Source: Thermoplasmata archaeon
GTDB taxonomy: Archaea > Thermoplasmatota > Thermoplasmata > Thermoplasmatales > Thermoplasmataceae
Length of the DNA: 64,000 nucleotides
Assembly (NCBI GenBank): GCA_021797555.1
Contig: JAJZZM010000015.1
Coordinates: 2,110-66,109, forward strand
Direction of reading: 5' to 3'
Part shown: piece after piece, positions 20,205 through 31,484 of the stretch
Layout: every line of letters begins with the position of its first letter
Position numbering within the stretch: position 1 is the stretch's first letter
Translations under genes and position numbers: made by a program
Notes under the pieces: generated by a model
Seen by the model: only the letters and a program-made list of their open reading frames with translations
Databases searched by the model: none
Told to the model about the DNA's origin: nothing

Positions 20205-21428
20205 ATGATTATAAAAGAATATAAATGGCTTGCCCTGATTATAATGAGCATTTCGGAATTAATGGTTATGAGCCTGTGGTTCAGTGCATCTGCCATAGCA
20301 CCTGAACTTGCCGCCATCTGGGGTATTTCCGGAATAGGTACCCTTATTGTAACATTAATGGTGCAGTTTGGCTTTGTTGCAGGTGCCCTTATAAGTGCAT
20401 CTCTTGGTCTTGCAGATAAAATTAACCCGAGGAAATTATTTGCATTTTCGGCTGCAATGAGCGCTTTATTTACAGTAATGTTCGTTTTTCTATATAATTA
20501 TTTTTTTATTGAAATGATTCTTATGCTATTAACAGGCGTTATGATGGCAGGCATTTATCCGGTTGCAGTCTTAATTGTATCGAGCTGGTTCCCTGAAAGA
20601 AGGGGATTGGCACTTGGCATTGTTATAGCAGGGCTCACACTTGGGTCTGCACTGCCACATATAATACTGGATTTGCCATTTATCCTGGAATGGGAAGCAC
20701 TGCTGGAGTTTTCGTCACTGCTGTCTCTTCTTGGAGGAATTATAGTTTTTTTTATTTTGCGTGATAATAAAAAATACATTAATGCCCCAAAATTTAAATG
20801 GGATACAATTAAGCTCATAATAGGAAATAAACCTGTAATGCTTGCAAATTATGGCTATTTCGGGCATATGTGGGAACTTTATGCCATGTGGACATGGATT
20901 CCTGTATTTATATTTTCCAGCTTTTCCTTTTATTACACAGGGAATAAATTATTATTTATGGTTGGCATTGTTTCATTTTCAATTATTGGAGTTTCGGGTG
21001 TAATCGGTTCCATACTTGGCGGTTTTATATCAGATAAAATAGGAAGAACATTATCAACATCAATATACCTTGGTATAAGCGGGACTTCTGCAGTATTAAT
21101 AGGATTGACATACAGGTCCACGCCATATATTACAATAATTGTTGGCATTATATGGGGAATAACGGTAATAGCGGATTCGGCACAGTTCTCAACAGCAGTT
21201 ACGGAATTAAGCAGCGATAAAATAAGGGGAAGCGCATTAACGTTTCAGATGGCACTTGGCTTTTTAATAACAGTAGGATCAATTTATGCTATAGATATAC
21301 TTAGAACCGCTGTTGGCTGGCACTGGACCTTTTCATTTCTATCAATTGGGCCATTACTGGGCATAATTTCAATGATAAGGCTCAGATACAAAAATGAATC
21401 TTCATTAATGTGCAATGGTAAAAAATAG
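20205..21428 (+). CDS. MFS transporter
   Basis: GYFGHMWELYAMW, ADSAQFS, SDKIGR. Confidence 0.9.
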   Translation: MIIKEYKWLALIIMSISELMVMSLWFSASAIAPELAAIWGISGIGTLIVTLMVQFGFVAGALISASLGLADKINPRKLFAFSAAMSALFTVMFVFLYNYFFIEMILMLLTGVMMAGIYPVAVLIVSSWFPERRGLALGIVIAGLTLGSALPHIILDLPFILEWEALLEFSSLLSLLGGIIVFFILRDNKKYINAPKFKWDTIKLIIGNKPVMLANYGYFGHMWELYAMWTWIPVFIFSSFSFYYTGNKLLFMVGIVSFSIIGVSGVIGSILGGFISDKIGRTLSTSIYLGISGTSAVLIGLTYRSTPYITIIVGIIWGITVIADSAQFSTAVTELSSDKIRGSALTFQMALGFLITVGSIYAIDILRTAVGWHWTFSFLSIGPLLGIISMIRLRYKNESSLMCNGKK

Positions 21429-21890
21429 TTTTAATAATTTAAATAAAATTTTTTTTAAAAATTATTATTTCTAATTGTCCTTGCTTCAATGAAAATATCA
21501 GATCTCAAAATCAATGGCTAAAACGCATTTATGCTTAACGTGCTCATTATTTAATAGTTCCTGCATTTATATAACTCTGATAAATCTAAGAGATTATTCA
21601 TTAATTTAAAATGCATTACATAAATAGTGATTAATAATTAATATAAATAAACTAATCAGCAAATAGGCATTAACAAATTAAAAATAATAAATATCAAGAA
21701 ATACCAAAATATGGTAATTGAATTATGATTGAGGCAATTAAATGTTCTTATTATAAGAATAATATTAAAAATAATTTATTGTTTTGAATGCATTATTTAT
21801 TTATCTTGCGGATAAAAAATATAATCTTAATTAACCAATGAAAAATTATGGGTGGTATGGTCTCTTTAACATTGGGTCTATGTAATAATA

Positions 21891-21941
21891 TTGTTTTATA
21901 AAAAAACAAAATATTATAGAAATTGTTTTATTAGAAAACAA
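21891..21941. promoter_or_regulatory. Paired palindromes TTGTTTT-N5-AAAACAA
   Basis: Copies at 21891-21909 and 21923-21941. Confidence 0.65.
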
Positions 21942-21954
21942 TTTTATATTAACT

Positions 21955-23294
21955 ATGCATTATATTTATATGGAAAGCAGTAAATTAGCATTCAGGAAGG
22001 TTATATCTGAATGGTTAACAGGGGATTTGCCATACGCACGCAAAAGAGAACTAAACATACCGTTAAAATCAGATAAAATTATAACAATAGTAGGCCCAAG
22101 GAGATCAGGAAAAACATATTTTTTATATTTTACAATAAATGAACTGCTTAAAACAGAACCTAAAAATAACATATTATACATAAATTTGAGGATGAAAGAT
22201 TAATAAACATAAAGATATCCGATATGGAAAATATAATACCCTTATTTTTTGAACTGGCAACTCCGGATAAAAACAAAAATATATACCTGTTTTTTGATGA
22301 GATACAGAATATCGAATACTGGGAAAAATATATAAGAAGAATTTATGATGCGAAAAAATATAGAATTTATTTATCGGGCTCATCATCAAAATTATTGGGC
22401 CGTGAGATTTCAACATCATTAAGGGGAAGAAGCCTTGAGTATATTATAATGCCGTTAAGCTTTAAGGAATATCTAGAATTTAATGGAATAGAATACTCAT
22501 CGCTAACAGGATACACAGATCAGAGGGGATACATAATTTCAGAACTGAAAAATTACCTTGAATACGGTGGATATCCTGAGGTTGTTATTGAAAAAAATAA
22601 TGATAATAAATTAAGAATATTAAGGTCATATTACAATACAATATTTTAAATGGATATGGCAGAGCATTTCAATATTTCTGAAATAAATGTTCTGGATGCA
22701 TTTTTGAAATATCTTATATCAGCATATTCAAAATATTTCAGCATATCAAAAATTTACAGTATATTTAAATCATCAGGCTATAAAATAAGCAAAAATAAAC
22801 TACTTGAATTTTTATATGATTCTGAGGAGGTATTCTTCATGTTTTATCTAAAAATATACAGCAGATCCGAAAATAAAAAAATGTCATATCAAAAGAAAAT
22901 ATATATTATAGACACAGGAATCATAAATTCACTTAAAAATGAAATGTCTCATTCAAGATTAATGGAAAATTTAGTATTTTTAGAGCTAAATAAAAGAGGC
23001 ATGAAAAATAATTTTGGCATAGCATACTGGAAAGAATACGGAAAGGCAAACGGCATGGAAATAGACTTTGTATTATATGATTCCTTCAAGGTTATTCAGC
23101 TAATACAGGTGACATATATATCAGATATAAGCGAGATTAATTCCAGGGAGATATCCGCACTTTTAGCCGGTTCCAGGTATTTTAAATGCCATGATATCAT
23201 TATCATTACATGGGATTATGAGGAAAATATAATGAAAGACGGCGAAAAAATAATTTTTATGCCCGTATGGAAATGGCTTCTTAAACTTAAATAA
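21955..23294 (+). pseudogene. AAA+ ATPase with DUF4143 domain, disrupted
   Basis: GPRRSGKT, FDEIQ, SGSSS, GGYPE, EIDF; frameshift near 22186 and in-frame stop at 22647. Confidence 0.9.
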
Positions 23295-23410
23295 TCTTAA
23301 AATTTAATTTTTGTTTCCAGTATTATGTATTTTATTGTTCAATAATTGTCTGCATTTTATATTGCATTAATTTTAATCTTTTATTTATTATTTGGGCTTT
23401 CAGAATAGTA

Positions 23411-23457
23411 TGTCATATGTGACACAATATTTATATAAAACTATGTCTTATGTGACA
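23411..23457. promoter_or_regulatory. Paired palindromes TGTC(A/T)-TATG-TGACA flanking the TATA box
   Basis: 23411-23424 and 23444-23457 around TTTATATAAA. Confidence 0.7.
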
Positions 23458-23459
23458 TA

Positions 23460-24815
23460 ATGATTTCAGATGAGGAATTTATCAGTATTTTATCCGATTA
23501 CAATTTCTGGGGGAAAAAACCCTATACGGGTATATCAAGGGAGTTTTATATTAATAAAATACTTAAAATATTAAATGGAATTAATATAGTAACGGAAAGC
23601 GGTCTGCGCAGATCCGGAAAATCATTCATATCCCTGCAGGTTGCTTTATTATTTATTCAGAATGGTTATAATCCAGAGGATATATTAATTATAAATTTTG
23701 ATGATGAAAGGCTTGATAATAATATTAAAACCCTTGACAATATATATAACGCATACAAAAAACTGATTAAAAGGACTGATAATAACATAATAATAATGGA
23801 TGAGGCACAGGAGGTATCCGGCTGGGAAAAATTTGTTAGAACATATTCAGAAAAAATAAAATTTATAATTACCGGCTCATCCTCTAAATTATTAAGTTCG
23901 GAATTCTCAACATTATTATCGGGAAGAAGCATAAACATCACTGTAACTCCACTGTCATTTAAGGAATATCTTGCATTCAACGGCATAATCATAAATGGCA
24001 TTAAAGATACAGGCATAAATCTGGAAAATATCCTAAAATACCTTGAGTCATATATTAAATACGGCGGCATGCCGGCCCCTACACTGCATCCAGATATACA
24101 TCAGGAATTAATAAAAAGCTATTTTGATACCATTATACTAAAGGATATAATGGATAGATATAAAATAAGGGAGGGAGATAAATTAAAGTTTTTGATCAAA
24201 TATTATTTAACCAATATTTCATCACTAATAACTTATAATAGTATATACAAATCAGTAAAAAATACACTGTTACTGCCTTTAAAATCCATTCAGAGATATA
24301 CTGAGTATATAGAATCCTCTGGCCTGATATTTTTTACAAGGAAATTTTCATATTCATTAAAGGAACAGGAAAATAGTCCAAAAAAGGTTTATTCCATAGA
24401 CAACGCATTTTCATATTATTTTGGATATAATTTCATGGAAAATAAGGGTAAATTCATAGAAAATACCATTGCACAGGAATTTACAAGATTAAAAAACATT
24501 ATTCCATTTCTGGAATTATATTATTACAGGGAAAATAGCTATGAAATAGATTTTATAGTAAAAATAAAAAATACCATAATTCCAGTACAGGCAAGCTATA
24601 TAATTGAGGAAAATAATATTAAAAGAGAAATAAAGGGAATAATAGACTTTTCAAAGAAGTTTAAAACTAAATCCGGAATTATTATAAATTCTAATATGAG
24701 CGGAGATAAAAATTATGATGGCATTAAAATTAAGTTTATAAGATTACATGACTGGCTTATAAATTCATATAACTATATAATGAATTACGAAAGCATTGAA
24801 AACAAATTGCAATAA
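23460..24815 (+). CDS. AAA+ ATPase with DUF4143 domain
   Basis: GLRRSGKS, MDEAQ, TGSSS, GGMP, EIDF..PVQAS. Confidence 0.9.
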   Translation: MISDEEFISILSDYNFWGKKPYTGISREFYINKILKILNGINIVTESGLRRSGKSFISLQVALLFIQNGYNPEDILIINFDDERLDNNIKTLDNIYNAYKKLIKRTDNNIIIMDEAQEVSGWEKFVRTYSEKIKFIITGSSSKLLSSEFSTLLSGRSINITVTPLSFKEYLAFNGIIINGIKDTGINLENILKYLESYIKYGGMPAPTLHPDIHQELIKSYFDTIILKDIMDRYKIREGDKLKFLIKYYLTNISSLITYNSIYKSVKNTLLLPLKSIQRYTEYIESSGLIFFTRKFSYSLKEQENSPKKVYSIDNAFSYYFGYNFMENKGKFIENTIAQEFTRLKNIIPFLELYYYRENSYEIDFIVKIKNTIIPVQASYIIEENNIKREIKGIIDFSKKFKTKSGIIINSNMSGDKNYDGIKIKFIRLHDWLINSYNYIMNYESIENKLQ

Positions 24816-25026
24816 TTAATTTATATACATTTTTGTATAAATATAAATCTTCTGTTAATAATAAGATTAGTATTAATATTAAATTTAATAAAAGAATTAT
24901 TCCATGGCTGTTTATTAATTCATGAGAAAATATTGCAAGGCCTAATAGAGAAAAGTTTCTGGCAAATGTGAATAGACTATAAATTCAATCCAATAGAAAA
25001 AGCAATATGGGAAATAATAATAAATA

Positions 25027-25629
25027 ATGGTGAAAACAAACTCCGATGAATTAAAGGCTAATTCGAATTTTTGCTTGGCATTAGATAATAAATTTGCAAA
25101 TTTAATGATCAAAAATAAGTTAGACAAAAATCAATTAATAGAATATTTTAAACAGGATTATTTCTTTGTTGAGGAGGATATAAAAATACTGAAGACATTA
25201 ATTAAATTATCCAGAGATAAAAAAGAAAAAATAATGCTGAAATGGTTTCTTAGAATGGTCAACACAGAGGAAATTCCATACTTAAAAAACATATTCTTCT
25301 ATAATAATATAAACGTAAATGAAGTCATAATATCTTCAGCAACCAGGGAATATATAACCTTTATTGAAGATGCAATTACAAGATCAAATTATCTGGAGCT
25401 CCTCACAATCCTGTATGCCGGAGAATCTCTATATTTCCAGACTTTTTCAGAAAAGAAAACAGGCAATTATTATATTAACCAATGGGAAACACTTCATTCA
25501 GAAGATTTAGGCAAACTGGTTAATTTTTTGAGAAGGATTATTGATGGTTCAGATATAACCAATGATATCGTGGAGATATTTAATAGTACAATAAATTTTG
25601 AAATATCTTTTTATCAACAATTTTTATAG
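25027..25629 (+). CDS. tenA: TenA/THI-4 family protein (TenA_E-like)
   Basis: QDYFFV, LYAGESLY (no catalytic Cys), W..LHS, FEISFY. Confidence 0.75.
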   Translation: MVKTNSDELKANSNFCLALDNKFANLMIKNKLDKNQLIEYFKQDYFFVEEDIKILKTLIKLSRDKKEKIMLKWFLRMVNTEEIPYLKNIFFYNNINVNEVIISSATREYITFIEDAITRSNYLELLTILYAGESLYFQTFSEKKTGNYYINQWETLHSEDLGKLVNFLRRIIDGSDITNDIVEIFNSTINFEISFYQQFL

Positions 25630-25940
25630 TTTTTATACTATATTAATAACTATTACGGTTTAATTTCTATTTTATGTTTCTTTAAACCTTGTTTAATATT
25701 AAATAAAACTATTTTGTTTTATTAGAAAACAATACACATAAAATTAGAGGTTATATAACGCCGGTTTATGATATTTTATTTATGCATTTCAATAGAATTA
25801 AATATAAATTTGGAAGTTCTCATATATTAGCAGGTGTAGAGCCTTAATAAATAGAATAATATATAAAATAAAAATTAAAAATATAACTTATTTATACGGT
25901 TATAATAATTGCATATATTTTCATAACATGAGTTTATAAA

Positions 25941-27296
25941 TTATATATATTTATTTAAAATATTGAAATCTATATTAATGGCATACTCGCTTTTTGTTTT
26001 AAATGATTTTGCTATAATAATAAAATATTCCTTATTCCTTTTATAATCAACCTTTAATGATTTGTACTTTAAATCATTGAAAACTTTAATTCCGTCAACA
26101 TTATCACTAAATTTGCACTCAATAAAGGCCATTTCATTTGTTTCGTCATTTCCTGCTATGGTATCTATTTCTATATCCTTATACCAGAATCTTTTTACAT
26201 ACATAATTTTAAATGGCAATTTTATTATGTTATTTCTTATCATATCTATAACTATTCTCTCAAATGCATGGCCATAATATGTATTGATATCTTTTTTAAT
26301 TATTTCCATGACTTCATTAACCCTATTTATTTCCAGATCAGATAAATTAGGATACACAAACTTATAATAAAAATTTAGAAAATAATCATTTATTTCATAA
26401 ATGCCCCTGCGTTTTTGATTTAACGGCAGTGTATAATTAACAAGCCTAACAGAGATTAATGTCTCTAAATATTTAGATATATTTCCCTTATCAAGGTGCG
26501 TTGCATTAACAATTTCGCCATATGTATTATATCCCATTGAAATATACCTTAAAATTAATTCATATATTCTTGGCTCCTTAAATTCCTCCTTTAATAATAT
26601 TTTTGGTTCCTCATATAATATCTCGCCCTTTTTTAATATTTTATTTTTTATATTTTCCTCAACGCTTTTGTTTTTATTGATTAAAGAAAGATAAAATGGT
26701 ATATTTCCAAATACAGCATTTATTTTTATTAAATCATCTATATTAGAATTATAAAAATATTTTATGTTTTTTATATTAAAGCCGTTAAGCTCTATGCTGC
26801 CTGTCCTCCTTCCATATAATGGTGATTTATAGCTTAATAATTCATCCTCCATCATGCTTATGCTTGAACCGGATAATATAATATACAGCATTGTGTTATC
26901 CATTAATTCATCAAATATTTTCTGCATTATGGATACAATTCCGTGGTTTAGCTCTATTAAATTTGGGAATTCATCCAGAACAATTATTATCTTATCTGAT
27001 TTTATTTCATTTATAAAATATTTAAAAATTTCATAAAAATTTGATTTTAAATCATTAAAATAATACTTTCCTGTGATTGCCGCAAAGTTATTTTTTAATG
27101 AATTTAAATTTTCATCAAGGCTATCCAAGGTGCATAAATGGTATATATATTTTTTATCTTCAATAAATTTTTTGATCAGCATTGTTTTGCCTATTCTTCT
27201 CCTGCCGTAAATAATTATAAGCTCCTTTTTATTTTCATTATATTTATCATCCATAAATTTTAATTCATATTTTCTGTTTATAAATTGTTGTAACAT
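25941..27296 (-). CDS. Archaeal AAA+ ATPase with DUF234 and C-terminal PD-(D/E)xK-like domain
   Basis: FINRKYEL, YGRRRIGKT, LDEFP, SPLYGRRT, EID..IECKF; start placed at MLQQF. Confidence 0.9.
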   Translation of the reverse strand: MLQQFINRKYELKFMDDKYNENKKELIIIYGRRRIGKTMLIKKFIEDKKYIYHLCTLDSLDENLNSLKNNFAAITGKYYFNDLKSNFYEIFKYFINEIKSDKIIIVLDEFPNLIELNHGIVSIMQKIFDELMDNTMLYIILSGSSISMMEDELLSYKSPLYGRRTGSIELNGFNIKNIKYFYNSNIDDLIKINAVFGNIPFYLSLINKNKSVEENIKNKILKKGEILYEEPKILLKEEFKEPRIYELILRYISMGYNTYGEIVNATHLDKGNISKYLETLISVRLVNYTLPLNQKRRGIYEINDYFLNFYYKFVYPNLSDLEINRVNEVMEIIKKDINTYYGHAFERIVIDMIRNNIIKLPFKIMYVKRFWYKDIEIDTIAGNDETNEMAFIECKFSDNVDGIKVFNDLKYKSLKVDYKRNKEYFIIIAKSFKTKSEYAINIDFNILNKYI

Positions 27297-27377
27297 AATT
27301 ATCATAATTTGATTACAACTAAATATATAAAATATTTTATAATCCAAGATAATATAATTATTTTACTGTAAATTCAG

Positions 27378-28104
27378 ATGACCCCTTGCAATGTCAAAAT
27401 TAAGTAATAAAAATGACAAAGACAAAGAATCAAGCAATTATAAAAAACAATGAAATAATTGAAACAAATACAATGGATATATATGACATAGAAAAACACA
27501 GAGGGATTATGCAAGGAAAAGAATTAAGATTCAAAAGCATATAAAAAATACCTGGAAGAGAAACAGGAAATTAAGGTATGCAAAGCAAAGGCAGAGAAAT
27601 ATTACAGGGGACAAAATACAGAAATTAACAACTAAAATAGTAAAAAACAATAATGATAAAACATTTGCATTCGAGGATTTAACAAATATAAAAAAGAACG
27701 GAATGAGGAATAAAAACATCAAAAAGAAAAATAATAAAAATAATACAATAAACAGTGAATCAAATAATAACAAAAACAATCCTAATAAGTCAAAAAGGTT
27801 CAGGACATATATCAACAGATGGCAATACAGATTATTTTAAAGGTTTATAGATTATAAATCAAACAATGAAACATTGTATGTAAATTCGGATGGGATTTCA
27901 TCTGAATGTCCTGTATGTGATGAAAAAGTAAAGCACCCAATCTGGAAGGAATCAAGATGCATTAAATGTGGTTTAGACCTATGCGGTACGCCGTTTACCG
28001 TGAATGGCAGTACCTCCTGGCATTTTATGAAGAATAGTTACCCGTATCATTCAGGTCAGGCAATTATTGAGAATGTTCAGCGACTGCAGGAAAGAAATGC
28101 ATAG
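27378..28104 (+). pseudogene. tnpB: Decayed tnpB of a second subfamily
   Basis: FAFEDLTNIKK at ~27664; SSECPVC..CIKCG zinc ribbon; multiple stops and frameshifts. Confidence 0.8.
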
Positions 28105-28259
28105 CAATGCATAATATTTCAGGAACAGCTCTGATCATGCACCAATAGAATTATTATTAAAATAATTAATTAAAAATTTTTTAATTTATTTAAAACGTTT
28201 AAAAATAAGGATAAAATTATAATAAAAAAATATAAGTATAGTATACAAATATAGTATAC

Positions 28260-28514
28260 ATGAATACAGATGTTGTGCCGTTAAGAATAGATAAAATAAC
28301 ATTAAATAAGATAGATAAAATGGTTGAATCCGGTATGTTTAAATCAAGAAATGGGGCTTTAAATATAATAGTAAAAGCAGGCATAAATAATTTTAATTTC
28401 TGGACCAATATAATAAATATGTCTAATAATTATGATGAGGATTATGATAATAAAATATCCTTGCGTTTAGGTAATGCATTAAATAAGTTTTTAATGGAAC
28501 GTGATAGATTTTGA
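28260..28514 (+). CDS. vapB: Ribbon-helix-helix antitoxin
   Basis: VPLRID..IDKMVESGMFKSRN; TATAGTATACA direct repeats at 28237 and 28250. Confidence 0.8.
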   Translation: MNTDVVPLRIDKITLNKIDKMVESGMFKSRNGALNIIVKAGINNFNFWTNIINMSNNYDEDYDNKISLRLGNALNKFLMERDRF

Positions 28515-28960
28515 ATTATCTCGATACCAGTGTTGTTATACTCCTTCTTGACAGTAAGGATTACAGATTTAATGAGGTAAATAATATTATAAATAATGAA
28601 AATCCTATTATTTCGGATCTTGGTTTTTTAGAATTAACATCATTTTTAAGTCGCAATAATATAGAAAATCCATTATCATACGCTATTCATACAATTAAAA
28701 AATATAAAATAAATTTATTATCAAAAATTGGTACATCTTTTATTCCGGGATTTGGAAATATAAATACATTATTTTATAATTCCCTAAATTTATCCGAAAA
28801 ATTAAAACTGAGAACACTTGATTTAATGCATACTTCATATTGTATTGAATTAAAAAACAATGATTATGATATTAAAAATTTATTTACTGCAGATAAGGAA
28901 TTTATTAAATCTAAAAAAATATTAAATAAATATAAAATAGAATTAAAGATTGTAAATTAA
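28511..28960 (+). CDS. vapC: PIN-domain toxin
   Basis: YLDTSV, LRTLDLMH, FTADKEF; TTGA overlap with the antitoxin. Confidence 0.85.
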   Translation: MNYLDTSVVILLLDSKDYRFNEVNNIINNENPIISDLGFLELTSFLSRNNIENPLSYAIHTIKKYKINLLSKIGTSFIPGFGNINTLFYNSLNLSEKLKLRTLDLMHTSYCIELKNNDYDIKNLFTADKEFIKSKKILNKYKIELKIVN

Positions 28961-29723
28961 AGATCGTGTACATTATACTGTGTATTTATAAAGGGTACCT
29001 CTTGTTTAACATTTCCTTAATCCCATCATTACATTTATAATATCCGTTCATCTTCCTGAATATATGCTTTGAATTGAATTCTATTGATTTCGAATAGAAT
29101 ATTGATGTTGGATGTTGATCATTAAACAGGACTGAAAGTATATATTAACATTCTATTATAATTATTATATAAATTAAAAGCTGTATTTTAAGGCTTTCAT
29201 GGTGTGTATAATTTGCCATATTTTTATATGATCCTTATCTTTACAGAAATTTAGGTTTAAGGGATAAAAAATATTTAGAAAATGAATTTTTAAATTTTAT
29301 ATTAAATTGAATATTTAATTTAAAAGAGCCTTAAATAAATACCGGATTAAATACAATAATTCTCCATATTTATATTTTATATGCATTATTTATACCTCTT
29401 TAGGTTTGTTTAACATAAAATGATCATAACCAATTTCTGCTGTTATTATTTTTACCATTAAAAATTAAAATTTTGATAACATTTCAAAAACTATTTTAGC
29501 CATTGGGTCCTTATTTATTATGTAATCTACATATTCATTTATTTCCTCTTTTCTTATTTTTAACTTCTCCATTTTTAACACCCAAATTTTGTTATAAATA
29601 TCTTATCAACCTGTATATAAATTATTTTATCGATTCTGGTTAATAATTTTTATTAAAATTATAATGCCGGGAAGTGCCTTAAAAATTACTGGCATTTTCA
29701 GCATTGAAGATCAGGCATTCACC

Positions 29724-30098
29724 TTACCTCCTTATTGTCTCAATTATCTTCCGGTATTCCTCCTCTGTTATTTCTCCTTTTGCCAATCTTTCCTTTGCAA
29801 TATTTTCGGCATTATTTGACCACATGTTATGCCTTTCCATATATGTGCCCCTAATATTGATTAGAAGGAAACGCACAAATATTACAACAAATATAATGGT
29901 TATTATAGCCATTATTGGCATCATTATAGCTATGCCATAGTATGCATATCCATTAGCCGGCATATTAATACCAAACGACCTATAAGAGCCATTATAGTAA
30001 GGCCTGCCAAAAAGAACAGACATAACTACAGAGATAGTTGCCATAACAGCAACAAGAGCTATCAGTATCCAAACCATATTCCATATTTTCTTTTCCAT
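29724..30098 (-). CDS. Membrane protein with SHOCT domain
   Basis: Two TM segments; IAKERLAKGEITEEEY. Confidence 0.85.
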   Translation of the reverse strand: MEKKIWNMVWILIALVAVMATISVVMSVLFGRPYYNGSYRSFGINMPANGYAYYGIAIMMPIMAIITIIFVVIFVRFLLINIRGTYMERHNMWSNNAENIAKERLAKGEITEEEYRKIIETIRR

Positions 30099-30134
30099 AC
30101 TATATGTATCCGGAAATAGCTCTTAAGCTCTGCC

Positions 30135-30172
30135 TGAAACAGGTTTCATGGAACTATTTGAAATAGGTTTCA
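30135..30172. promoter_or_regulatory. Tandem palindromes TGAAA(C/T)AGGTTTCA
   Basis: 30135-30148 and 30159-30172, upstream of the SHOCT gene. Confidence 0.65.
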
Positions 30173-30723
30173 GGAAGGATTATCTCATTTGTTACCCCTT
30201 TTCTTCTTTTTGATACTACTCCTTTGTTTTCCAGGGATGCAATAGCCCTTGAAGCGGATGCCTTGGATATCCCTGACGAAGCAACAATAGCACTCTGAAG
30301 CATTGCATTGTGGTTTTTCATAAGAAGATCAATAATATCAAGTTCCGTCTGGGAAAAAAACTTTGTTGTAAGTATCTCCTTTCCAAGTGGCTTATCCACG
30401 TTTTCCCGTGATTCCGGCCGGGATACCAGAATGATTTTTTCATTGCCTGCATGTGATATGAACATGGTATAGATATGCATGATTCCCCTGAGGGAAATTG
30501 CCATAATAGCAATATTGATTGAAATAATAGCAAAAATTAAATAAAGATAGTATAAAATCAATTTATACCCAAGAAGAACAACGGTTACCAGTATTGTAAT
30601 AGAAATCATAATTATTATAATCGAGAGAAAGAGGGAAACAATGTAAAAAGCCAGGGATTTCATAATAGGGCTTTCGTTTGTTTTTTTTGTATCGTCTTTG
30701 TGAGAATGCTCTTCTATTTTCAT
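30154..30723 (-). CDS. Membrane-anchored winged-HTH regulator
   Basis: Two TM segments, then QSAIVASSGISKASASRAIASLENKGVVSKRRKG. Confidence 0.85.
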   Translation of the reverse strand: MKIEEHSHKDDTKKTNESPIMKSLAFYIVSLFLSIIIIMISITILVTVVLLGYKLILYYLYLIFAIISINIAIMAISLRGIMHIYTMFISHAGNEKIILVSRPESRENVDKPLGKEILTTKFFSQTELDIIDLLMKNHNAMLQSAIVASSGISKASASRAIASLENKGVVSKRRKGVTNEIILPETYFK

Positions 30724-30878
30724 CCAATATCTACCCTTATTTTCATTCCTATTCCATTTATTTATTAAATTAAATTGCCTTTAAATATATTATTGTTGTG
30801 CTTATAATATTCTGGATAGTGTACATAAATTGCCATAAATTTAAAAATGTTCTATGCAGCCTTGTACTTTAATATAAA

Positions 30879-31103
30879 TTACAGGCATGGCTTTATTGAG
30901 GATATACCAGCAGTGCTTAATTTCCAAACCCAGGCACATTTTTTCTTTCTATACAGATTTGCTATTGCACCTGTGACCCACACAATTGTCAACCCAACGC
31001 CAGTTCCACTGAAGTATATTTTATCTACAATATATCCGATTGAAATAAATATTATGCTCAGAACAAATTCCAGGAGTATAATTGCTGTATCCATCCTATC
31101 CAA
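30879..31103 (-). CDS. Small membrane protein
   Basis: Two hydrophobic segments only; start uncertain. Confidence 0.4.
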   Translation of the reverse strand: MDRMDTAIILLEFVLSIIFISIGYIVDKIYFSGTGVGLTIVWVTGAIANLYRKKKCAWVWKLSTAGISSIKPCL

Positions 31104-31484
31104 AACACTTCTTCTCCATGCCAGTACTTCCTTTTTATATATTTAGTGCTTTAAACAGCGCCGTTTTATCATGATAATGTAAAGTCCAATAATTCTATGT
31201 AATAAATACTTTTTATTCCAATCCTTCCCATTTAATTAACTATTACAAAATCATTTTAGAGTTATATTTAATTTTCCCTCAAAAAATTTAAGGACATATT
31301 GTTCATTACTTGATTTATTTCATACAGTAAACATAAAAATATAATAATAAACCAGCAATTAGTCTAAATAATAAAAAGGCACATAATAATCGGGAAACAA
31401 TAGTAAATATATAACGACAATTTTCAATACATACTTATGTAAATACAATACTTTTAAATTTTAATTTATATCTTATAATTAATA

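Noticed and set aside
19367..23457. Paired short repeats considered as mini-CRISPR arrays
   Set aside because: Only two units each, short spacers, located at promoters, no cas genes
27531..27815. Hydrophobic minus-strand ORF
   Set aside because: Reverse complement of an A-rich tnpB remnant
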